Positions 12,736 through 23,246 of a stretch of 64,000 bases of DNA are shown here, piece by piece (the stretch's first letter is position 1; every line of letters starts with the position of its first letter). This DNA is from Macrostomum lignano (lineage: Eukaryota): the NCBI GenBank assembly GCA_002269645.1, contig NIVC01003306.1:40868-104867 (forward strand), in the 5' to 3' direction. The translations under genes were made by a program, and so were the position numbers. The notes beneath the pieces were generated by a model, which was given only the letters and a program-made list of their open reading frames with translations, did no database searches and was not told the DNA's origin.

Positions 12736-15663
12736 CCCAGTGAAAAATGATTCATGGATTCCACGTGGGTTCCACGTGGCCATGTGGAATTTAAATGTTT
12801 CTTTAATTTTTGCAAATTAATGACTTAAAGATGACATAATGGTATGCAAAGTATTTTTTATGCACTATTTTTTAATTTTTACTGTCCTAATGTTGATGTG
12901 GATTTTACAAGGAATTCATGAGAAATAAGCGTATATTGATTCAACATGGAATCCACTTCGATAAAAAAACTGTGATACACCACATTCAGACGTTTTTATG
13001 AAATTACTATAATTAATTATTATATTTATATGCTTTTAAGTAAAAATGAATATCTTAAAGCTAAATTATAATCAGAAAATAAGATACTGTTTGTTAAAAT
13101 AGACAAAATAGAAGTGAACAATAAAAAACGTTTCGTGCTTTTTAAAATTAAATTTATTTTATTTTATATTCGTCAATGTCTTGGTTCAAGGCCTTGAAAG
13201 ATAAATTGCCTTGTTTATGGCTATTTAAGCACCTTAAAAATTTTAGTAGACATAGCCTATAGGCAATAACTTATAAGGCCATGGCCTCCATGGGATTAGA
13301 AATTAGATAAATCAGTATTTCATCATAGATAGGCCTAATACTTTTGGTAAAATCCATCCATGATAAATTTATTTAGGCTTATCCAATTTCTAGGAATCCC
13401 ATGGCCATGTCCATAGATTGGCTACTCATTTTTTAAACTTAAATAGTCCTTTAGAAGTTCATAATTTCCTCTTAGTCCTACCTATTAGTCTTATCTATTT
13501 ATGTATGCTTATTAGGCCTATTTTAAGCTAGGCCTAGGCCTATAACTATCAATTTAGGTCCTTCTATTTTAATTAAGGTTAAGACTAGCTTGACTTTGTG
13601 AATTGTGACTAGTCAATCTAGTTAATCTGTTAAAAATCTATTCATTTATGATTTTCTTCAAAAAAGCCTGTTAGCATCTTTTAGACTTGTTGCATTTTTA
13701 AAAACAATATTATTAGGCCCCCTAATCATTATAAATAATTCTTTGCAATTACACTTGCAACCTGTTTTTGGCATAGCTAGCCTAGCAGATCCCTAAGGTT
13801 GCTATTATAAATAAATAATGATTATTGTAAATTTGATCTGATTTAGGCCAAGTCTAGAATTTAATAGCTATAGGGCATAGCTTTTAAGATTAGGCCTAAT
13901 GTTTAATCATACTATTTTTTTATTAGAGGCAGGGGGTTGTGTGCACCCTGGCACACATTAAGCGACATAGGCATACAACTGGCGAGAGGCATTGCTGCCC
14001 ATTCCACTAACTCCCTTGAGCAGGCACACAAGCGTGGGGATACGTATGCAAGCACATTTACACAGGAGTGTACAGTGGCCCTAACTTTATTTATTGTTAG
14101 GCATGTATACTTCACTGTGCCTTGGGGGTTGGCTCTCAAGGCCATTAATTGCACAAGCAGAGAGCCAAGCCAAGATTCCAATTCAGCCCCAAATTAATAT
14201 GACTGCACTTAGAATCGAGCCTAGGTCGCTGGCACACCAGAGCAGCTGTGCTACCGCTTGGCTACAGCCCCCCTTTTAATCATAATAGGCCCGCAAATAT
14301 AAAAAAAACATGCATTGCTTTGCCTAAATACTTTATAGTCTAAAATCAATTTTAAAATAAAAACTTAAATTTATAGAAACATATATTAATTTTTGTACTT
14401 ATTATTTTAATTTTATTAATTTAATTTTATTGATTGACTTGGGTAGGGTTTTCTTTTTTGCTAGAGACAAGGTGCAAAATCATACCCTATGCTCACTTTT
14501 AGGGTTTTATGATTTTAAGGCTTAAAATGCAGTTTCTCTTTTTTCTTATATAAAGGCAGTGCAAAAAAGGCTTCAACAGAAAAATAGGTAATGAGATCAC
14601 ACCTAAACTGTATCATCAACTTTTTAATTTCAATTTTCAAGGTGCAATTTTTAAATTTGGGGTGCATATGCACACTTTGCGCTTAAAAAATAAACCTAGG
14701 ACTTAGGCCTAGTTAATTTTAAAATAAACTTTATTTTATTTTATAAGTATTCATCATTAAATTAGTTTTATGAATTATATCAATATTATTTATCAATCTT
14801 AATTGGCAACAATTATTTTTCTATTTCATGCATGCCTAACATTACATGACCCATCCCCAAACTTGGATGTCACCTTGGTCTTGCATTTGAAGAAGCTTGC
14901 AAAGCTACTTGGAATTTGAATTTAATATCTCAAATGCTACCTTTTGTGAAGCAATGGTAAGTTTTAGTTATAAACTTATTTTTTTCTGTCATCAAAATCT
15001 ATCAAAATCTATTACAAAATCTGTCATCAATCTGTTATAAAATTCTGTAATTTAACCCCTTTCTTTTCTAAGGTTGCTCACCTGACCTGAAGAAGCAGCA
15101 TTCTGGCAATTGGCAGCAGCATGTTTCTGACTGTTCTAATTCTGATGCATTATATTATTGTTAATTAATGCTATTGACAATGTCAATTTCAAATTATATA
15201 TTATATCATATGCGCAGTGCAACTCTAAAGATATCAATATTTACATCAGTGTGTTTATTCTTTGTGTGCCAGTGACTCACTACTGTACATAAATACACCT
15301 TACATCGTTTTTGAATATTGAATTTTGAATTTTGAATTTTTGTGCAGAAATATTTTTGGCTATAGCTAGTGTTTTATCTGTGTTTCAGTTTCTTTTATAT
15401 GGTATTGAGATCTGGGGTTCGTATGAAATTTTGAGATCTGGTATTATTTTGAGATTTAGGATGCAACAATTTATTATGGCAACCAGTATAATGGCTGCTT
15501 ATTCAATGACAATGTGGATTCTATGTGAAATACATAATTACTTCCATATGGATCTTCCATGTGGAATCCATATCTTGATTCCACATGGATGGACGGAGAC
15601 AAATGCACATATGGATTTCATATAAAAAATCCACATGGAATCCATATCATTTTTTTCACTGGG
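12736..15663. mobile_element. Non-autonomous CMC/EnSpm-like element (CCC termini, 2-bp TSD)
   Basis: CCCAGTGAAAAATGAT at 12736 and ATCATTTTTTTCACTGGG ending 15663, with subterminal TCCACATGGA-type repeats. GT is duplicated on both sides; removing the element restores CTTTGTGTGTGTCTG of the 186-bp arm unit. Confidence 0.75.
13914..14273 (-). mobile_element. tRNA-derived SINE, copy 2 (nested in the CMC-like element)
   Basis: Reverse-complement homolog of 4424-4768. TSD TTTAATCATA at 13902-13911 and 14275-14284. Confidence 0.85.
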
Positions 15664-18600
15664 GTGTGTGTCTGAGGTGTCTTTTTAAAGCAGAGACATG
15701 CGTAAAACAGCTGTGCAAATTTCATGCAGAAAGACCAAAGTGGGACAATGTAGCGGCTTCTCAAAAAACTACTATATACAATATTCGGTACATTGGGAAA
15801 CGTCGTAACAACATTTGCTAGGGAATATCTCAGCTTGTGAAGCGTCTTTGTGTGTGTCTGAAGTGTCTTTTTAAAGCAGAGACATGCGTAAAACAGCTGT
15901 GCAAATTTTATGCAGAAAGACCAAAGTGGGACGATGTAGCGGCTTCTCAAAAAACTACTATATACACTATTCGGTACATTGGGAAATGTTGTAACAACAG
16001 TTGCTAGGGAATATCTCAGCTTGTGAAGTGTCTTTGTGTGTGTCTGGGGTGTCTTTTTAAAGAAGAGACATGCGTAAAAGTTTCTATAAATACACAGTAT
16101 CTTGCGCAATAAATAGAAAATTTTGTTTAACATTTACTTAACGATTTCTGAATGTCTGTCTACGTGTATAACATTTACCGACCGATATTCCGATCGATAT
16201 TCCTATCGATATTCCGACCGATATTTTTATATGAAACACATGTAAAAAAACAAAATAGTTTCGATTTTCCTCACAATGTGCATTGAATATCATGCAGCGA
16301 TTTCTTCTTTTGTGTAGGCCAATATGAAATGCTCATTTTTATGCTGCAATCTTACTTAAATCGTCTTTTTATTATCACTACTTTTTGGTAGACCTCAAGA
16401 GATTCATTATTAAGGCTAGTGTAGGCCTAGCATTAATAAAATTATTTTTATCGCTATTTAGCTAATAAAGTTGCCTTTGACATTTGTTTACTAATTAACT
16501 AGCTTAATATTTTAAGCAAAAAATATGTGCAGCAGTTATTTTCTCTTCTTTATGCAGATGCTTTACATTGTTTGCTTGGCAATTCTAATTCTCTATTATA
16601 CTCTATTATACTCTCTAGTATACTCTATGACTATAGTATTCTAGTCCTGACTTATATATAGGCCCCTGTGCTCTAGCAAGTTTGTTGCATAGCATATAGT
16701 ATATCTAGTCTAGTTGACTTACCTATTCCATTTTAGGCCCACCAGGCTAAAGGCCTATATAAAAAAAGATACATAGGCCTAGTTTTTTTCTTTTTTTCAA
16801 TTATCTAACTAGTAACTTAGTTTTTTTAGATAAAAACTAGCTATAAGCATAGCTATCTAATGTAGTTAACAAAAAGTAAATATGTGTATAATATAAACAC
16901 ATAATATATGTGCATATAATATAAAATTCAATAAAAAGTAATATTAGGATGACAAAGTTTTTGTTTTTATCTTAGAAAATTAGGTAGAAAAATATAGATC
17001 ATATATAAATTTAATACATGGTGTTATATATGTTTTGTATCAACAAAAAAAATTTTCAAGTCAAATTGTGTCCCAGGGCTCTCAATTATTCTTTTGCTAG
17101 CCGTACTAGCTGCCACCAAAGTTGTAATAGAGCTATTTCTCCTTAACAATTCTACTGATTATTAATTGTCTTGCTACTAGTAGCGCATATATTTCTATTG
17201 GTAGCATATGTACTTTTATTGGTAGCATCTATACCTCTATTGTACTTTCTGGCCTGAGTGGTCTTTTAGGCATTGTCTATCCTATTCCTATACTCTAAAG
17301 ATATTATTCTTAGTCCTAGGCATTCCCGGGATCAGAGGGTTACAGCGCACTTTGCTGGGTATTCTGCCCTGAGGTGGGTTTCTCAGACTCTAAGCCTGGA
17401 TTTCTCTACCCTGTGGTAGGATCTCTGCCTCCTAAAGGCGGGTTACTAGACTCCTAAGTTTAGGATTTCTCGTTCTCTGAAAACAGACTGGACTCCTAAT
17501 CTTGGGGCAACTCCTAAACTACTATCCACTACTCGAAATAAGTAACACGAGCAAATATGAGCCCAAGGCTGATTTCTTCTCAAATGAGAGTATTAAAGTT
17601 GTTCAGGAACAGAAGTTACTTTGCCAGGCTCCCAAGTGGCCTCTATTTATAGTAAAAACTTCTTATTGTTTCAAACAAAATATTATACAAAAAATATAGA
17701 AAATATGCAAAATATATGAAATATTCGCGTAGTATAACAATAGCGTTTGAATTTATATGTCTCTAAGAAATGTAAAACTACTTACTAAAATCAAAGCCTA
17801 TTACAATTGTAATTACCTTTAAAGAAAAAATTTATGGATAGAAAGAATAAGCAATTCTAACTTGATAGAAAATTGTATATTATAGCAAAAAGAAAATAAT
17901 TCTAGTAAAAAGAAAACATTTATACATAGTTTAAAAATATCTTATTCTAAAAAGAAAGTATCATAATATAAAACAAAATGGTATAGCCTTAAAAGTAAGA
18001 TTAAATAGAAAATTGTTTTGGCTAAATAGAAAAGTAATTTTGGCAAAATAGAAAAGTAAAGTAAACTAAAAAGAAATTAATCTAACTAAAAAGTTCTTTA
18101 CAAAGTTTGCAAAAACCTTTAGGCAAAAACAATAAAAGATATAGAATTCTATTGTCTATTTGTAAGCTATGGCATAAGCAGTTAATTGCTAAAAGAATTT
18201 TAATGCAAGGTAAATATATAAGATAATCTCCAACTATAAAAATCAAAACTCTGTGTGTCTGTCTGTGTACAAATTACTTCGCTGTATAGACTCCCAAACC
18301 GCTCAACCAAATTACACCAAATTTTGCACCCACCCTAAATTCACTACCTTATAGACTACCTTAAAATTTCCTAAATTTGAGTCTTCCCACCTTAAAGTGC
18401 AAAAAACTGCTCAAAATGCGCAATTTTTTCACTAAATCCTCTATAGCACCACTCTACTTCCACCGATTCTCTTCAAATTGGACACACTCAATCTTCAACT
18501 ATTTTGACACAATTGTGTAAAATTTTGAGTCTTAAAGTTAATCCTAAACGGCGCTGTGCACTTTTAAAGTTAGGCTGTTTTTTTCAGTGTAGCAACCACC

Positions 18601-19429
18601 CCAACCTCCGCCCACCTGCCTCTCTTTCCCGATCCTGATCTGGGCCCAGATGTGTAAAAGGGGTTTCAAAATTGACTAACTTTTGGCTGCCATAAGTTTG
18701 CTCCACATGAAGCAATTGACTTCAAATTTGACACAATTCTTTATTGACTCATTCTCTGTCTAATTGTAAAGTCTCAACTCTGTATCTCAATCAGAACAGA
18801 AACTGTAGGCATGTGAAGTCTGTCTGCTTTTTCTGTTGTTTGTTCCACTCACTCACTCATTCCCCCAGCCCAGACAAAGGGTCAGGCGATAGGGCTCAAT
18901 GTACATAGCAAATGTACAGTGTTTTGGAATAACTTTTTAATAGCCTTCTCTGTACCCCCGCGTGTGGAGAGGCTACGTTTAGCCATGACAGTTTAGTGAG
19001 AAATTCTAACCACTGTCCTATGTATTGGCAAACTCTGCAGCAGTTTAACAGTGGATGGCAAATCAAGGGAATCCAGCATGGTTTGTATAAGCGAAAGATT
19101 TATGAAAAGGCAATGCAATGCAATACAACCCTATTAAATTAGTCACACCATGGAAATTTTAGGTTTCTCCTCAAAGTACTTTAAATTTTAAATGTCCTAA
19201 AAATGCATATTTCCTTGGTTGTTAGACTGATGCAGACTGCAATGGAGCTGAAAATACACAATTCTTTTCAGGACTGCAAATTGGCAAGAAAGATGACATG
19301 ATCAAAGTATGAGAACAGCCATGAGAGTACTACGTCTCACAAACTGGCTTTCCAAGCAGGAATGGCGAATGGGCAGACTTTTACTTCAAAAGCCAGATAA
19401 AGAATCCAGTATCCAGCTTATGTGCAGGC

Positions 19430-20090
19430 CAGATAAGAGTGGAAAGGAGAAGGAATAGACGGAATAGAAGGAATAGAAGAGATGAAAGGCAAGAGGGGGA
19501 TATGAGAAAACATTGAATATAAGAGGAGAGACAAGTGGGGAGGAGAGAGCAGAGAAGAAGGGAGGAGGAGGGGAGAAAGGAGGGAGAGGAAAGAGTAAAG
19601 GTAAGAAGAGGGGAGAGATGAGACAGAGGATCGATGAGAGGAGAGTAGAGAAGAGTGAGAAGAGAGTAGAGATGAGAAAGCAGAAAGAAGATAACAGAGG
19701 AAAGAGAGGAGTCAGAACAGGTGAAAGAGAAGAATACAGAGGAGATAAGTGAGTGAACGTATAAGAGAGTAAAGATGACAGATAAGAAAGCAGATGAACA
19801 GACAAGAGATGGGAGAGTACAGAGAACAAAGGAGAGATAAGAGAGAAGAGATTACAGAGACTAGAGGAGAGAGGAGAGACAGGAAGAGAGAAGAGGAAAT
19901 AGGAGAATGAAGAGGGGAGTGAGTAGAGAGGAGAAGAGAGATTGGAGAGGAGAGAGAGAGGGAGAGAGAGAGAGAGAGAAAGTGCAGAGCAGATAGAAAC
20001 GAGAAGAGATAAGAGAGAAAAAATAAAAGAAAAAAAAGAAGAGATGAAAGAGCAGACGAGAGAGAAGAGAAGAATTAGTGAAGAAAAATA
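19430..20090. repeat. GA-rich (purine) low-complexity tract
   Basis: Near-continuous GAGA/GGAG/AAGA sequence. The overlapping ORFs are compositional artefacts. Confidence 0.85.
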
Positions 20091-21593
20091 TTCTAGCCTA
20101 GAATAAAAAGCACTTCCAGCCTTAAAGTAAAACTTTTATAGACTGAAGGTTAAGCCAATGTAGCCACGGTGGAAATTAATAAGAAAAAGAACACATGAAT
20201 AGATTTTCTTCTGACTTGAATCATTCAATCAAATTTTTGCAATATAGTATTATTATTGACATCTTTCAAAGGGATTGCTCCATTTTATAAAGAAAAAACA
20301 TAAAAGCTAGATTATTCACCTATTATACCAGAGGCCAAACAAGGTTGCTAACTAGAAGAATTCTAGAAAACTAGCAGTGAGTTGCATAGTGCTTCTCTAA
20401 CTTAAATAGATCTTTTTAGCTTATGAATTTAATCTTATACTTGAAATTGTATTAAATGGAAATGCTAGCCAGTAATTCTATAGAGATGGAAAAGTCTGCA
20501 CTTCAAATATATGCAAACTTCTAAAAAGCTCTGAAAACACTATCTCTCTTTCTCTTGGAAAGGCATATACAGTGATTTTAATACAAAAATGAGTTAGTTG
20601 TATTGTATTGCACAGTCTAATTAACTATGGTATATGTGGGTAAACCTAACTTTATCTAATTGAAAACCATAAGTGGGATTTTTAACAACTTAAAACCATT
20701 GAAAACTAGACCTAGGATCATTGTAAAGCAGACTTGGAATTATTATTATACTGGATTCTACTATTCTACTGGATTCGTATCCTGCATCTGATGAGCCATC
20801 TAAATCAGGACTCTCATCTTCCATGCCAAATCATCTAGCAAGTGGAATTATTCTTGAGCTATTGGTGAATACGTTGTGAATTGTATCATACTGTATTCAC
20901 CTCACTTTTACTTCTAGGCATTCAAGAATCATGACTTGTGTAGTACTGTGTATGCTCACTACAGTGTATTAAGACAATTTACAAATTGTCTCACAGGCCG
21001 CCACTAGAGGGCATAGTGATTAGCTGTTAAAACAATCTGCACAGACTATGTAAAAAAACTAGCTGGCGAGGCATTTAGCCTTAAAAATAAGGTGATAGTT
21101 ACTCCTGCTGTTTACCTAAAAGTACGTTTATTTTCTTAGCTTTCTTTCATGGGTACGTCGCATTTTTTGATAGAAAACTAAGTCACACGGCCAGTGTAAT
21201 TTCAGAGGTTGCGCATGTATGTCAGCAATCCCCCCATAAGCCTGACATCTCAGCAATCCCCTTAATGGAGCTTAATGAGGATTCCCTGCAATTCCCTGCA
21301 GCTTAAGGCAATACCCAAATATTCGAGAATCAAACAAATTATTATTTTAAGACGAAGGATTAGCCATTATGGATGAAGTAGGCATTTAAGAAAGATAATT
21401 GTATCTACCTGAATAGAGGGTAATGGGGCTGCCAAATCTTTTTAAACAACCCTACGACACTGCCAAGGTAATCACACAAGTGATAACTAAATTCTAAGGA
21501 GACTAAAATCTTCCTGAGCAGGTTTTAGTGTCATTTTACATTCAGGTTTAAATTTTTTAAAGTATTATTTAATGAACTTAATCGTCGGTATCT

Positions 21594-23246
21594 TTGCCTA
21601 GACGATATCATATTACGAATTTTACTATGAAAGCCCTTTTTCAGGATCAAGAAGTCACAATCGCAATTACTGCTGCCGTATTTTCTACATATTTTTGTAA
21701 AGAAACTGGTCAACTCGATCGCAGATGGCTTCACGAAGTCGTATTTCCTCAGTTGCGAGAAATAAATGAATTCGGAATATTTCATGTTAACAAAGAGATC
21801 ATTCGAACAAGTCTTCGTAGGAAGGGCAGCAACAGTTATTTATTACGACTAGTTTGCGCTGAATCAGCAGGCTGCAAGACAGTTATTACGTTGTCGATGG
21901 CAGATTTGCCTCTGATTGACAGTGTTAACTTAAGGTTGCAAAAGAAAAACGAGCACAGCGGCCACAGAGTGATTCTTCCAAACGACAATGTCCGCCATCT
22001 GTGGGAGCATGGTTCACAAGAGTGTCGAGAATTTGTCGCGAGTAAGGCGGCATGCAAAGACGCAAGACCGACTGAAATTTACGAGGGAAGCCTGCAGCAT
22101 TTTAAGTCAGGTAAAATATGTTCCTTAGCGTCAGTGCGACAAGCATGTAGTCGTATTCAGAATGCTTCTAGAAGAAGCCAAAACGAGCACGAAGATTTGC
22201 GCAAGCAAATGTTAGATTGGAAAATATCGCTAGTATCGGAAGACGCTGTATCTGGATTTATTCAGCGTATCAGTACGGCTCCATTTGGAGTCGTTATTTA
22301 TTGCGCGGAACAACAATTTCTTTTGCGCCAATTACTTGCCAGGAATCCCTACGCTCCAGTCCACATCGACGCAACTGGTGGGCTCGTACGAAAATCGGAA
22401 CTTATACCTGAAAATGTGCTGCTCTGCAGCGCAGTTGTTAGTTCTGAATCTGAATCTGTTGTGGCAACGCCAATAGCAGAGGCGGTATTGGAGTCCACGA
22501 AGACCGAAGATATATCCGCGTGGATTGAATCCTTTCTGCTCAATTTTGCCCGGTTTCAAGACCGAGGTGTTTGGGAAGTGTCAAAGGTTGGCCCGCGTAT
22601 TTATGTTATCGACTTCAGCTGGGTCTTTCTCCATGGCGTTCTTCGTGCTGCTGCCATAATGGATCTAGGAACGTATTTAAGAAAGCAATTCAAGCGACTA
22701 ACCTCATGGGACGTTAAACCTCCATCGTACCCACTTGTATTCATTTGCAGTTCGCATCTAATGCATCGTGTTGCAATGACGATCGCTATCAAAAACAGAG
22801 AAACGAAAAAAAACTTTCTTATCTTTTTTGCCAATCTTATTACTGCTGATAGTTTAGAAACAGCGAAGTCGGTCTGGGAGACCATGCTTCGTCTATTTTG
22901 CAGCCAGTATGTAACGTCCGTTGTGCAAGACGCTTTCGAAGTGCTTCATCAGTACAATGCTTCCTTGCCATCTAGCTGTCATGAATTTGTGAATGAAATG
23001 CCGGATCCTGAAGAGGAAAATCAATCAGGAATTTCAGTTGATCCTCCAGATTCGGAAGCTGCTACAACACTACGATCAAGTTCACCCTTTTCAGGAATTT
23101 TCGGTGTTCCTGAGCCAATCAATACCGAGGCAAAAGAGTTGAATCCTAACTTTTCTCTAGAGGCTATGCAAAAAGTCTTTAAACTTTATCTACGTACCGC
23201 TTCTGCCGATTTGGAGCGTGTGTGTTTTCAAAGGAACGCCTATTAG
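21594..23246 (+). CDS. MULE/NOF-type DDE transposase, N-terminal frame
   Basis: 550-aa ORF with a C-x5-C...H-x2-H finger, HIDATG (first D), IDFSW (second D) and the CxxH motif ICSSH. The conserved continuation YVPLLPIWS...TNAPVESWF is in the +1 frame from about 23190. Confidence 0.8.
   Translation: MPRRYHITNFTMKALFQDQEVTIAITAAVFSTYFCKETGQLDRRWLHEVVFPQLREINEFGIFHVNKEIIRTSLRRKGSNSYLLRLVCAESAGCKTVITLSMADLPLIDSVNLRLQKKNEHSGHRVILPNDNVRHLWEHGSQECREFVASKAACKDARPTEIYEGSLQHFKSGKICSLASVRQACSRIQNASRRSQNEHEDLRKQMLDWKISLVSEDAVSGFIQRISTAPFGVVIYCAEQQFLLRQLLARNPYAPVHIDATGGLVRKSELIPENVLLCSAVVSSESESVVATPIAEAVLESTKTEDISAWIESFLLNFARFQDRGVWEVSKVGPRIYVIDFSWVFLHGVLRAAAIMDLGTYLRKQFKRLTSWDVKPPSYPLVFICSSHLMHRVAMTIAIKNRETKKNFLIFFANLITADSLETAKSVWETMLRLFCSQYVTSVVQDAFEVLHQYNASLPSSCHEFVNEMPDPEEENQSGISVDPPDSEAATTLRSSSPFSGIFGVPEPINTEAKELNPNFSLEAMQKVFKLYLRTASADLERVCFQRNAY

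Larger units (their letters stand above)
10850..16227. repeat. Foldback left arm: direct 186-bp and ~155-bp units followed by their inverted copies
   Basis: 186-bp unit (GCTGAGATATTCCCTAGCAAC anchor) is direct at ~10940-11250 and inverted at ~12670-12735 plus 15664-16160. ~155-bp unit (CAAGCCTTGACAG...CCTCAGCTA) is direct at ~11285-11580 and inverted at ~11880-12145. Confidence 0.75.

Noticed and set aside
17280-17750. LTR-like GC-richer island with a TATA box on the minus strand
   Set aside because: No TG...CA ends, TSD or partner copy could be located.
18250-18900. Possible Helitron/HINE-like non-autonomous element (GTCTGT start, repeated CAAATT(T)G.CAC motifs)
   Set aside because: No defined termini or second copy in the window.
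20997-21013. CTCF-like motif GCCGCCACTAGAGGGCA upstream of the transposase
   Set aside because: A single short match, expected occasionally by chance; there is no evidence the factor exists or binds in this organism.
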